Positions 1 to 12,471 are shown, counted from the whole stretch's first letter. The stretch: 63,893 bases of DNA, filler included, from Rhabdomonas costata (GCA_019059605.1; 22 parts of 22 records of this genome joined end to end with filler, not necessarily neighbours in it); one strand, 5' to 3'. Numbers and translations are program-made. The notes: generated from the letters alone by a model not told the origin.

Positions 1-498
1 TGTTGTTTTGCTGTCTAGCTCCCGCATCAAAGGTCATTGACAAGGCACCAAAACTCTGTTTTCAACCGCAGAGTCAGTATGGCAACCGTTGGAAAGAGAA
101 GAGAAGCCTCCTCGTACACACCCTCTTCCCCTCGGGGCGCTGTATTGGGAGTTAGGGTTCAATGTTGTTACGCTATGGTTTGAAATGGGATGAGTGCGTG
201 AATGCACCGACTCTAACCAGAAAAGGATCTGAAGGGATCTTGGATCTTTCTTTCCGACATTCCATGGCGACGACAAAAAGGACTTTGACCGACGATAATC
301 AAAATGTCGACATCGAGATGTGCAATATGTTCCCTTTTGTTCTTTTTGCTCGCCTCGCGTGCAAGCTTGAGTGAGACGAAAGAACAACTACCACAGAAAA
401 GAGACATCAGCAATGTAAGTACAACCGGGAAGGGACAGATCAAAAATTCGTTGGGTGTTGCTGAGCGTATGCACGCGCGAGAGTGAGGGGAGGGGTAC

Positions 499-1110
499 CA
501 GCTCGTCCTTAAATAGGCCCCACGAGCCCAGCGGACGGGCACAGCGGCAGAGTTGCACGGCGGCTTTCCACAGAGGCGAGCGCATCTCAGCGGCCCGAAA
601 CATTCGGTCAAAGGCCCTGAGAAAAATTTATTTGCACCAACCACCAGAGTACAAACCACAAATCAGTAGAAGTCAAAGGCAAGCTCAAGGCCTTCTCCGC
701 GACAGAGGTCAATAAGCTGGAAGAAGGAACCGATAAACCAAGAAGGACAACACGGCATGTCCGCATAAACGGGAAGCAGCGGGCGCATAGCAGAAGGTGC
801 TACAGGATGGGCGCAGGACTGAACGATACCACAAAGGACTTGGAGGAGAATCCGTACTCGAATTGGAGGGGGGGAGGAGGGAGGAGGGAGAATGGAAAGC
901 CCCCTCTCACCATGACTTCACATTGCTCGTGAACTGCAGGAAAAGGTTGTTCTGACTCCCCTGAGTCCGCGCCTGCTCCGTGACCCGATCGTAGTGCTCT
1001 CGGGCTGCCTGGGAAGGCGACGCGGTCGCAGACTCGGCCTTGTCCTCTTGAGCTGGGGGTCGCTCCGGAGTGGAGGGCGAGGGCGGGGCCACTGCGGAGC
1101 TGCCGTCCAT
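499..1110 (-). CDS. 5' exons of a gene, possibly an mRNA cap guanine-N7 methyltransferase-like protein
   Basis: ATG 1110; GT-AG exons 1110-911, 716-657 and 616-499 give ...AAREHYDRVTEQARTQGSQNNLFLQFTSNVKSCLLTSVAEK..., resembling the HY...R...FNNxVKSxLI N-terminal motif of cap methyltransferases. SAM-binding motif not seen in the contig; the 40-nt intron 656-617 is inferred. Confidence 0.35.
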
Positions 1111-1519
1111 ATTGGCTCCTCTTTTGTGATCGAAAGCTCAGCAGCTATGCAGCGATAACCGAAGAACAACAGCGACAGGAAACCATGCTGGGGAAAAAAC
1201 AAGATGGAGCAAAGAACTCTTTACCCCATTCATACAAAGACCTTCGGACACTCCGTGGTGAGATCCTACAGCGTGCATTCCATAAATGCCCTAACTTATT
1301 CCAAAATCGGCAATGGGGATGCGACCAATTCTCCTTCCACAGTCAGTTTCACCTCAAATTAATTGCAAACTGAATCCGGTTCTCTTTTATGGCCTTCCAA
1401 AATGGCAGACGTCGTTCAAAGAAAGAAAAGAATATTCCGTGGATGCTACGGGAAGCAGGCCGCCCTTTTTCGACCCCAAGTTGTGCTCTCACTTGCAAAA
1501 ATCGGTTCGTGTCACTTCG

Positions 1520-1566
1520 GTAAACAAAAAAAGGTTGATTTCCGTAAACAAAAAAAGGTTGATTTC
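1520..1566 (+). repeat. 24-bp tandem duplication
   Basis: GTAAACAAAAAAAGGTTGATTTC(C) twice in tandem. Confidence 0.9.
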
Positions 1567-2804
1567 ATTTTCCCGGCACAAATGGCCGCAAAGCATCACC
1601 ACAAGGTCAAGATACGTTATCGTCAATCAGCTGCTGCACCACAACCCACCGAGTAGAAACAAAGGTACAAAGGCCTTGCAAAAGCCAAGCCACATGCGGG
1701 CATCCAAGCACGCACAGTGAACAAACTCGACGCTATACCACAGCCTGGGCGAATCAATTACACCAGCATACAGGTCTCTCTTTCACGCGAAAGATGTAAG
1801 CCCACGAAACATCAAAAATTGCACTTCCCAGGCTGCTCACAAGGAGAAGCGTTCTGGCCCACCCCAGTGCCCGTAAAGCTTACGAGGTACCTCCTCCACA
1901 GCAGTGATAGATTTACTCTGGCTATGCAGACAGACAAGAGAAGCTAACAAAAGCGAAAAGCATTTCCTCTACGTCACGAAAGCCGTTCTTGGTTCTTGAA
2001 CCTAAATACCATTATTAATTTGTAAATATGATATGGTGAAGCCGAGCTCAGAAATGGCCAACAAACTAACTCAACAGTGCTTCCATTTCCGCCAAGTACG
2101 GGCGCGGAAAACGGGCCTACTGACTGAATTCTCCAGAGCACGATTCAGTACCCCAGTGATTTCGTTGTTTGCCCCTGTTTTGTTGTTTCTCTTCTCTCAA
2201 CTTTCATATCATATGCCATTGCGCAGGCACGGTCCGGAGAACCACTCTCTCTCCTTTGGCTACTGGCGCTGGCCCGGAGGGGAAACCCCAAGAATAGGTC
2301 CCATAATTCTTCCCATATTGAAAAATCCCGGTGTATGTGTTCGTAATGCATCCCTCTCGTGAGTGGTCGTGAGACATCTCTCCCATAGAGAACGGCAAAT
2401 TTATAATGTCCCCTATGAAGCTACGCAGGTCTGGGTTAACGGGGTAACTTGGCGCTGTCAGAAAAAACCCCTGAGAACACTGAGAGAGACGCCTTACTGA
2501 GACGTGCAAAGATCTGCGAGACCACAAAGTCATGTGCTTTCACGACTGAGGGGCAAAGACGCCCACTGGGTCAGCCCCTCTCACCCTCACTCCAAGAGCT
2601 GAAGGGCGCCCATCACTGCAGACAGGGCTGGCCAATCCGGAGAGAAGACCGGGCCTTGCGGTTCGCCCAAACGTTGAGCCATGGACCAAACCACACTGAG
2701 CGCAGCCCAGGGATCTGCATGTGAGCACATCAACACTACTACTACCACCACCATGTCGCAACATATCGCATACATACGCAATGGGTAACCTGCCCAACCC
2801 CCAC

Positions 2805-2904
2805 NNNNNNNNNNNNNNNNNNNNNNNNNNNNNNNNNNNNNNNNNNNNTTAATTAATTAANNNNNNNNNNNNNNNNNNNNNNNNNNNNNNNNNNNNNNNN
2901 NNNN
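2805..2904. other. Artificial contig-joining linker (first of 21)
   Basis: N44 + TTAATTAATTAA (stops in six frames) + N44. The same 100-bp linker starts at 2805, 5711, 8615, 11520, 14423, 17326, 20230, 23132, 26033, 28942, 31841, 34889, 37788, 40684, 43587, 46486, 49389, 52298, 55197, 58098 and 60998. Adjacency across linkers has no biological meaning. Confidence 0.99.
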
Positions 2905-5086
2905 CTGCTTCCCTTGTACTACGGGAGCGCCCACGCCATATGCGTCTTCTACGACGTCACATCAATGGTAGCTGTCCACCCCACACACACACACCTTCCC
3001 ACTCGAAGGCAAAGAACCAATTCATGGAACGCTCAGAACTTGCAGAACTTTTAGAAACATCGTGGGCAATTCCGGCCACAACTTGGGTCAACCCTCCATA
3101 CTTGATCTCTCGTCCAATCTTGGCTGCAGTGTTTCTGCACACAATGACAGGTGTTCTCGGTTGGCAATGCCCACCTCTGAACCGGCACATTGCCTTCCAA
3201 CGTTTGTTATTTTTTGTACCCCCTGTCGCTGCGAGGTACAATCGGGCGCATACAGCCTGCTTGATGCAGGACTGAACTGTGTGAATCCAGTAACTTATAT
3301 TTGAGCGAAGTCGGATCTTCCAGTGCGCTATGTTTGAAGCGATTTGGCCATGCAAAAATCCAGCGCGTGGGAAAACAGACTGAACAAGCTAGTGCTGAAC
3401 AACTGAAAGGATGTGAGGTACGCTTGTTGGATTGGCTCCTTGGTGGCGTTGGGAAATTTCGAACTGTGTCGTGGGATATATTAGCACGCTCTTTGGTGCG
3501 TGGTGTGACAGCAAGTCCCCAAGTCCCGTTGCGCAGTTGCACGCGTGTATGAGTCCATTCCAATGGCTGTGGGCATTTGTGCAGGCAAGCTTTCAAGTTG
3601 CCTGCGAGTGGTGCCGTCAGTTCGAGGTCGCCGTGTCTTCTGACGTGGTCGTCGTTCTGTGCGGTATTTCCTTTTTTCGTTGATTCCTCCGCCGTTGGCT
3701 CGTTGGCGCTGATGTAGCAGGAATTTCCATTTGGTTACCATTACCGTAACGCGTTAAACTATGTGCAGGGGTTTTAAAAAGTGTTCCCTTTCTAGTTTTT
3801 GCTGCTCTTATTTTCTCATCATCTCATCCCTGCCACCCATTCTGTTGCAAACAACACAATAACACCAGGCTTGAAAACGGATGCCACCGGGCGAGAAGTC
3901 CTCCCGGAGGCCGTGCACCCCCCACCGTGTCGGTACGTCAGCATTTCATCCACTCCCTCAGCATTTTTGTTTTTATGCATATATGTTTGGCATAGCTTTC
4001 CTTTTGTACTCCCCCCGTGCACGGCTCCCTAACCCGCGTAAATTGCTGGGGGTGGCTCCGCCCCCCCGTATTTCCCCGCAGATGTACCGCTGGGGAGCGT
4101 GTATGGCGACCTAACCCTGTGCAAATCTTCCATTAGGACTCCTGGGAAGCGTGCATCGCCCTCTAACCCCGGCAAAAAGAAGAAAGGAATCACTGAAAGA
4201 ACCCATCACCCCTGAGACTCTCGTTCGACAATCCTTATCAGAGCACATAAATCCGGCCATGCCCCGATGTACCGCAGTCCTCATACGTAATCCACAACGA
4301 GGGCAAGCCTCAACAGGACGCCTCATCCCATTCTGCTCCATCCATTTCTTGCGTTCGGCATCGTCGTCAACAATAGAAAGCAAATCATAAAGCGTCAACA
4401 TCCTCTAAATCTCTGGGTGAGTACAAAAGAAAAGCTGTGCCTTATGTTTTTATCCTTTGTCTTAACACACATGTATACGCAAGCGCACATAAACACAAAC
4501 GCCAACGCGAACGCCCCTGCCAACCTCCTTCTCTATGTCCACACCTGCGTATTCCCAATCCACCCATTTCCCTTTTCTTACCTTTTTTGTTCTGTGCGCT
4601 GTTCTGTGCGGAGGACCCTTGATGCTGGATATTGACCCTGTTTTGTCTGTATGGGCTATGTAAATCCTCACTTGGCAGCAAGTTGAGGCCATGTTTGACA
4701 GAAACAATGCTTCTTTCGAAGGAGTGGAAGCTCATGTAATAGGGGAGAGCGTGCTCTTCCTCCCGTTTGGTTGTCCCCCCACCCCACCCACACACAGGTG
4801 CGACTTTACCTTTGAGTGTTGCGCGAAGACGGGGGAAAACGTAAGCGAGTTATTCGAGGCCACTATTCGGGTATGTTTGCATTTGGGTGTTCAAGCCCCA
4901 ACCCATGGGGCTTCCGTGTTGTCTTTTCTGCAATATTCGGGTTCTCTGTGTCCTTCCGGATTTCTTGCATTGCAGGCCTGTGTACACAAGCTGCTGTCCT
5001 CTGCCAGTGAGGCGTTGTACCCTCCATCGTTGCAGTCTGCAGTGGACGTGCTGTGTCTGCCGCCTCACCTGCTGCCTGTAAGGTGA
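2905..5086 (+). CDS. Divergent Rab-family small GTPase, 3' part (5 exons)
   Basis: Exons 2905-2967, 3585-3663, 3869-3932, 4798-4870, 4976-5086, all GT-AG and phase-consistent: LLPLYYGSAHAICVFYDVTSMASFQVACEWCRQFEVAVSSDVVVVLCGLKTD...FECCAKTGENVSELFEATIR...LLPVR*. RabF4/F5-like, G4 and G5 motifs recognisable. Confidence 0.85.
3989..4441 (-). mobile_element. Non-autonomous Merlin (IS1016/IS1595-related) DNA transposon in a Rab intron
   Basis: 23-bp TIRs starting GG (3989-4011 GGCATAGCTTTCCTTTTGTACTC; 4419-4441; 21/23 match). Flanks ATATGTTT / TTATGTTT (8-bp TSD, 7/8). Internal ORF 4401-4111 has an N-terminal zinc ribbon CPRCG...FMC...C.TRVS...GSF but no DDE core. Confidence 0.8.
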
Positions 5087-6395
5087 GGCGCTAACCAAGA
5101 GGAGAATTCCCCCATGATGTGGCTTTGTTGAGCTGGTTAGCCCAGCAAAGCATCGGTGTCCCACTTGTTTTTCTGTATAGCACACACCCTTTGTGCATTG
5201 TACTTGCGAATTACTCCACTTGCAGTTTGGACGCCATTGCTTGCCTGCCGATGTGGAGGCTTTGGGCGATTGAGGATTCATATTGGAATCCGAAAATTAA
5301 ATGAGGGTGACGATGAAGCGACCTGGACAGATTTTAGCAGGACCAGAGCCAAGCCGCCAGGGTGCTCTAACCTTTCTTTATTCTCCGTTTCTTTAGCTGG
5401 TATCGGATCTGCCGCCACGTGCCACGACGAAGAAACGAGTCTTACTTCGCCAGCCTTGCATCCAACTCACTTCCACTCCGTGCATTCCATCCGTGGGGCG
5501 TGCGCCCCACTCACATTTTAAGTCAGCATACCGCTCTGGTGACCAGCGGAAGATGAAAAGCAAAGGCGTGCTAGGCGCAGCGGCGCGGGGCCGGGAAACC
5601 CCGGAAGAAAACGGTAAGCGGGAAGCTACGGGCAAAAGAGAGCGAAAACGGCCGCAGTCCCATATTTCCACGGAGCGTTCCCCCTCCGGCTGCCTCAACC
5701 ATTCCCACACNNNNNNNNNNNNNNNNNNNNNNNNNNNNNNNNNNNNNNNNNNNNTTAATTAATTAANNNNNNNNNNNNNNNNNNNNNNNNNNNNNNNNNN
5801 NNNNNNNNNNTTTGTTGGTTTCCTTCTGGTGCCTTCATCCATGGATATGTATTTGTATGTGAGGGCGTGCTTTCGAGAATGGACCTCTTTGTATTGGTTT
5901 AGATTTAAGGCACTGATCTTCCCTGAGGGGCTTGTGTGGTTGCCCCCCAGGATTCAAGAAACTCTGCCTCTGGCGAACCTTGCTCGCCCGCACTGGGTGG
6001 CAGGCTTTAGATGACCTGCCAGAGTTTGCCTCCGTTTGTACAGTTGTTTGTTTCTGGTTCGTTGGTGTTACTTTCAGTGCAAAACCGTTGGAACGCGTCG
6101 CCGTCGCTGATCCCTCTGTTTTGCTGCTAAACTTGCGAGCTTGAACACCGACGGTGCAGGAGGGCATCATATGTCGCATTGCTTCCAATGTGCGACGTGG
6201 ACATCGGTGCTCTCGAATTGTCGTTTCTCTTGCCTTGAGGACGTATTCCTATTCATATTCAATTCCATTTTCGATCTTTGTAGGACGATATTGTGATAGG
6301 AAAGTGGCTTGTTCGCTTTGCAACTACTGCCGCCCAAGTCAATGTACCGGGTTCATGTCCAGATGTTTGTTTAAGTGTTCGGATTTCCTGTCAAT

Positions 6396-8253
6396 ATGGA
6401 GGAGGGCGGAAAAGAGACGCTCGCATTACCTTGCGGTGTCCCGGTGGGGGGCCGCGGCAACCTACCTAGGGGGGCAAAGAAGAAGCCCACCCGTGAGTTT
6501 GATATGGCGCGGTACCGCCAACGGCACATTGCGCTGCGGATGGCGTACCTTGGGCAGTCTTACCACGGGCTCGCGGTCCAGGAGAATATCCCGAACACCA
6601 TTGAGGCCGCCCTTTTCGCTGGTCCACTGGCCCAATGCCCGCCCCCCTCTCACCCGTCTTTTGTGCTCTGCCAAAGCCAAGCCAAAGCTAGCATATGAGT
6701 TTGTGCGTACACTATGAAACCCAGCCAAAGCAAAAACACAAAGAGTGAGATGTATATGTTCCCAAGGAGAGTTACTTTTGATGGGCTTTGGTCCGGAGCC
6801 CGGGTACTTCCAGAGCTTCGCAGGTTGTATTCGAAACAGATTTTAGGTCAAACTAACGTCATCCAATGCCTCAATTGCGCATTCAACGAGGAAGGGCTTC
6901 AAGTCACACTTGTTTGAGGAGGGGGGGCATTGATGCATTCTTGTCAAGATCCCTCATTTACTATGGTGGTTGTTTCACTGACTAGCTCAAGCGCGCGTGT
7001 GAGTCCACGGTAGGGACTTGGTCCTTACACGGGTAGCCATGCCAAAATATGCCGTTTATGAAAGTGGTGGCTCGTTTCGCCCACAGCTTTGCTGAAAACC
7101 AACCTTATTATCGATCGCCCATCCTGCAACTACAGCCGCTGCGGAAGGACTGACAAAGGCGTCAGTGCATTTGGCCAGGTCACCGTTTTCTCTTGACTGC
7201 ATTTTGACTGCTTTGCGCCAAAGCTCGGGCCCACCAATTCTTTGCTGCTTGTTTCGTGTGCTCATTTTTCGATCGTGCGGGGTGGTTTTGAACTGTCCTC
7301 CGATTTGTTGCATGTGTGGTTGTGTCCCATTTTTGGATGCAGCTTGATTTAGTTATCCTTTGAACGGCGGATGCTGTTGTTTAGTGTTGTTTCCGTTAAC
7401 TCGTGGAGATTTCAATGCCATCCAGGCGGAATACACGTGTATTACTGCTTGCGCTTTATATTGTGGACCTGTTTGTTCAGTGTGGATTAGGTACATCACT
7501 TGCCTCAGTCTAGGTAGTCGCTGCCCGTATTTTTCGTCCATCGTTCTCACGTCCTTCTGTTTAGGTTGTTGCGTTTCATCTGAGGTCGCAGCTCAAGCAT
7601 GGGGTGGAGTTTGTGCCGAGCCCTGGCGCTGCAAACCCTGCGGAGGGGGGTACTGATGACTTGGCCCAGGCAAGTGGTTCCATTTCCCCACCGAAAGCTG
7701 ACTGTGGGAAAGCCCAGATTGCTCAACCGGAAGAGCTGGTCTCATTGCCTTCTTTATTTAAGTGAAAACCTGACTTAGAGGCCAAATTCAGATTTTTGCA
7801 ATGTGCAATATATTTTTGAAAAAGTTGTTCGATTTGGTAGTGTTCGCACTTCTGCGGTAAATATGGGAAATTCCGTGAGATTGAATTTTTGGAGCGTCAT
7901 GAGGTCTCTGCCTCTGTCTAATGTCCGCTTCTCTCAAATTCGCCATGCTCTCCTCAAACAGACGAATTTCCCGCCACCCACACTTCCGGACTTCCGCTTC
8001 GGGTCGCTCCCCAGAACACGAGGGGATGGTGCGGCCGCGTTCCAGGAGGGCTTCTTTGCCTTTTCCGCAGGGAGTTTGTTCTGTGTTTTTGATTGTCATC
8101 ATTGATGCTTGCTGTATTACAGGACTACGTGGGGATGCTGAACCGCGTGCTTCCATTGGACATCCGTATTTTGGCCTGGGCACCTGTCCCGCCGACCTTC
8201 AGCGCGCGTTTTGACTGCTCCGGGCGGGTGTACAAGTACTTCTTCACTCGAAG
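6396..8253 (+). CDS. PUS3: tRNA pseudouridine(38/39) synthase, TruA family (Pus3/Deg1), 5' part
   Basis: Exons 6396-6621, 7087-7178, 7565-~7669, possible micro-exon 8015-8028, 8123-8253. Motifs: [79 protein letters not shown]. Confidence 0.93.
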
Positions 8254-8518
8254 GTACCCGTCAGGTGTCTGGCACCGTCCTTTCTGGTTTTCTATCTAAA
8301 TATGCAAATCAGCCGGATGAAGGATACGTTTGCAAATAGTCTCTTCGCAATGATGTTGGGTTGGGTTTTTGAAGGTTAACGGCAACCCCATAAGGTCGCT
8401 GTGCGGGCTGTTATATAGGTTCAGACATTGTTGGGAGGGGAGGCGGCGTTAGACCCCCGTTGCACTTCTAACGGTGTTAGACGTCTCACACCCGTTTAAC
8501 GCCTCCTAGCCCTTGCAA

Positions 8519-8614
8519 GCCTGTGTGAATGCAAAAAGGGCTCAAAAATACTCCAAGAGGCCATTGCAGGGCCATTTTGGAGTATTTTTGAGCCCTTTTT
8601 GCCTTCACACAGGC
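8519..8614. repeat. Long hairpin / inverted repeat (MITE-like)
   Basis: 38-bp arms 8519-8556 and 8577-8614 (37/38 match) with a 20-bp spacer, at the contig end. Confidence 0.85.
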
Positions 8615-8953
8615 NNNNNNNNNNNNNNNNNNNNNNNNNNNNNNNNNNNNNNNNNNNNTTAATTAATTAANNNNNNNNNNNNNNNNNNNNNNNNNNNNNN
8701 NNNNNNNNNNNNNNTTGTTTGGTTCATATTTCACATCCTTTTTTGCCTGGCTGCCTGGGGCTTCGTGTGTTTTCGAATGGCCTGTGAAAAGTATTTTTGT
8801 GCTACCCAAATCCAGTTTCCCTTTAGGTGCTTCCCAAATTCAGTTTCTAGGATCCTTTTACTCCCCCGTTTTCTCGCCAGAGCTGAGAACCGCAAAAGAA
8901 AAAGCGGTTCGGGGGGGGGGGCTTCTCTGTATGCTTCACCCCTTGTTTCTCAG

Positions 8954-11501
8954 GTTGAGTTCCTCGAGAACAACGTCATTCAAGCGATCATTGAGGTTGA
9001 GGGGAAAAAGGGGGAACGGAGAAGGGATTCGAACTTTCCCTGCATGCTTCCTTCGCAGAGGTTTTCTCTTTCCCAATGTCACTTCATCGCGATTTCCCCA
9101 TGGACCGTTGAATGGACCCTGGGCCAGTGGTCCCTTGTCTCTGTCCTCTTAAAAGGCTCGCTCTTTGCGAGTGTGGAAGTGTTTAGGAGATTGGAGATCC
9201 ATACAATCCCCCCCCCCCAGGCCAAGTGGAACACCTACTTCAGCCGGTTCTGTGTTCACGTTATGAGCAGCCTGTTCCACGCCTTCCTGGCCAGCATCTT
9301 GGTGCTGGTGCACCACTACGCCCGCGGAAGTCTCTTGGACCGGATACTACTGTCGTTCATCTTGGCCACCGCAGGGGTGAAGTTTCTGGTGGAGGTGAAG
9401 CAGATCTACAGTGAGGGTCTGTATTACTGCACACTGCACACACAACACACACACATACACCCAAGCACTCACTCGCTCGCTCACTCTCGGTGCTCCCGTG
9501 GCCAACAGCGCATGCGCTCGTCTGTCCACAGCGGTCACTAACAGCTCATTATGCGTCTAACACACACATACGCACTGGGGCGCTGTCGGCGTGCCGTCTT
9601 TTAATCGCACAAACATACACAAATACGAACAAACAGACACAACTGTCCTTAAGTCAAAGAAGAAAATCCATTCCACCTGCCAGACGAACACGACCGCAAC
9701 GGCTTCAAAAAGGGCCCAAAATGGTTCTTATATGGTACCTAGGGTTGGTGTACGTGCACCAGAATCAAAGGTCAAACACCACACCACGCAGAGCCGCGTT
9801 CGGTCGAGATCTGAGTGCCTGTTTAGCTCTTGGGGTGGGGACCTGTGTCAGCCATTTTTTTCTCAACAGGAGTTCGGGGATACTGTGAGGAGTCTGGCGC
9901 GGGTCGGCTGGACAACTTTCTCAGCCACATGTACTTCTTCACCCTGGTAGGCCCCGCAAGAATGTTATGGACGGACAATGGATGAGTGGCAACCAACAGT
10001 AGCGTGGCGGTTTCTCTTCAGTGTGGGAAGAGTTCTGGAGCCTTTTTGCGGTCGCAAGGTCTAAAAAGTCCTGTCGGAGAGCCTTGTGCCTTTCGCTTTT
10101 TCCTTGCCCCTGGTTTGTGGTTCTGGCTGTTGTCAGCCAGAGTTAGGTTCTGGGCCGAAGTTTTCATGCCCCATGAGCTACTGAAGGAGTCGTGGTGCTT
10201 CATACCTGCCGCTGTGCCGTCTAATGTGCCCTTTGCGACGGAAATTTTGAACCCTAACTATTCCAGAGAAAATGTAATAGAAAAAGGCACTGAAAATAGC
10301 ACAGGAGAAAGCAAAGCAGAGCTTTACTTTTCCAGAATTTTCATTCGTGCCCCATCTTTCGATGTTGTCCCTTCATGTCACAAGTTCGAGTCCTCTCCAC
10401 GTATGCACGGGCGTCAGTGCAAGGTTTGCTGCTGTGACGCGTCGTGCCCCACATTCCCAACTTTGCTTTTCTTCCTTCAGATTGGGTGGGTGATTAGCAT
10501 TGGGGTTCCCTTCCCCAGCGCAGAGGACGCCTTTGAAGTGCTGGTCCCTCTGATGGTGTGTGTGTGTGCATGTGTGTGTGCTCCTCCCTCTACCCGCCTC
10601 TCCCATCGCCACCGCCGCCGCCACTGCATCATAGCCTGCTACCGACCGAAAAGCCTTCTAAGCTCTTTATGCAGACATCTCCATCACACCCTCCCAGGGG
10701 TCGCACTTTGCTGCTTCATGGACTGCAGCCGCTGCACCCGAAACCCGCGCAACCATCGCAGGCGGCCCAAGGGTACCTGAGTGAGGCCATACCGGACTCG
10801 CATCCCCTTCCCAATTCTGGCCTCTTTCCTCACCCCCTTTTAGCACAGATATTTCTAGGAGGTGCTCCTATGCGTCCGACGAGTTCAATCGCGCAATCAC
10901 CAACAATCTCGACCAGGGATGATGCATATCTTAAATGGAGGAGCCTGTGCTGTTGCTGCTGGAAGACCCCCTCGAATACTTACAGAAATAAAAAAGAATT
11001 CTTATGCAGGTTACAACATTACAACAAAAAATGCACGCCCCGACCACGATGTGCGCTTGTGCCATCGTCTTGCGCTTTGGCTTTTGTGTAAACATATGTC
11101 AAGCCATACGCTTGAGTCATATGCCTCCTGAGAACTTACATTTATTGTTGCATAGGAGCTACAGCCACTGCACTCGTTGCAACGGACAAAACCACTACTG
11201 AGCGTACGCGAGATCTTCAGGCTGGACTTGGATCCCACCCCCCACCTCCCGCCAACTTCCGCGCACAGGCCTGGATGTACATGTTCTTCTTCCTGCTTGG
11301 CTCGCAAAGCGTGGGGCCCTTTATCGTGATGATCGGGCACATCTTGCTCTCGGACATCCCCCGGTTCTTCGCGATTTACCTGTGCATCCTGGTGGGGTTC
11401 ACGTTCAGCTTCGCCGTGGTGCTGCCCCACGCCAACCCCGCGGACATCGCCAACTGGCTCTTCCTTACCAGCATCGGCAACGGCAGCGATGACTTTCTCG
11501 G
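8954..11501 (+). CDS. TRP (TRPV-like) cation channel, transmembrane region
   Basis: Exons 8954-8995, 9221-9416, 9870-9946, 10481-10555, 11269-~11501. Pre-S1 IQAIIEAKWNTY, hydrophobic helices, S4-S5 linker and S5 WMYMFFFLLGSQSVGPFIVMIGHILLSDIPRFFAIYLCILVGF, followed by pore-helix-like WLFLTSIG. Confidence 0.8.
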
Positions 11502-11619
11502 GGTTGACCACACACACACNNNNNNNNNNNNNNNNNNNNNNNNNNNNNNNNNNNNNNNNNNNNTTAATTAATTAANNNNNNNNNNNNNNNNNNNNNNNNN
11601 NNNNNNNNNNNNNNNNNNN

Positions 11620-12471
11620 GAACTAAATTGAACATTTAACTTTTTGGAGGTTTTGTTTGGAGTTTGCGAGCAGAACACTGAGTTTTTGTCATTGTCGCTG
11701 CGGTCACAACATTCGGGAAAAGTACATTACATACCCCCTCCCTCTGCTACACCGTATGCACATTCCTTTTTGTCTCTTCCCTTGCTTAACTCGATGAGGT
11801 GGTTTTTTGTGCCGGACACTGGACGCTCTGTGAGAAAGATCACCTGCTCTGCCCTTTGGGCCTCGCGACGGGACTCCTCAGAGCACCCCTCGCGGGTAAG
11901 AACCGCGGCGGCCTTCTCTTCTTCCCTTTTTCAGACTGGAGCTCAGCAAAGCCACCTCAGATGACAGCTGAGTGATGGTATTCTTCGCCCCGACAAGCTG
12001 CTGCTCCAAGCTGGCGTTTTCCCGTTGCACCTAACAAAAATGCGTTGGGATAGGAAAACTGAAACAACGCTAGGGTGAAAAAAACGGGGGTTTGAAAAAA
12101 CAATTTCACCACTTCAAGGGAGCCATGCAGTGCAGCCTGGCCCTTGAGGAGATCTTCCTGCTGGGAATCCCGTTGTTGAAGAGCTTTCTTGTGCTCAGCG
12201 GACAAGCTTTGAATCCTGAGACTGGATGCGCCCAACTCTTCGTTGCTCTGACAGAAAAGTCAGGGAATGGAAAAACCAAACCTCCTCAGAAACCAGAAGA
12301 TCCATTGGACCGCCGTAGTTTCGGCAGAGTTTCTTGTGAACCTTGAACTAAATTGAACATTTAACTTTTTGGAGGTTTTGTTTGGAGTTTGCGAGCAGAA
12401 CACTGAGTTTTTGTCATTGTCGCTGCGGTCACAACATTCGGGAAAAGTACATTACATACCCCCTCCCTCTG
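11620..12471 (+). repeat. Exact 127-bp direct repeat (11620-11746 = 12345-12471)
   Basis: Identical GAACTAAATTGAAC...CCCCTCCCTCTG at the contig start and internally; it contains a minus-strand exon end and GTATGT donor. Confidence 0.95.

Noticed and set aside
612..693. Euglenid-style non-conventional intron with paired ends (GGCCTTGAG...CTCAGGGCC on the minus strand)
   Set aside because: A canonical 40-nt GT-AG intron (656-617) restores the same frame, and all other resolved introns are canonical. Only cDNA could revive it.
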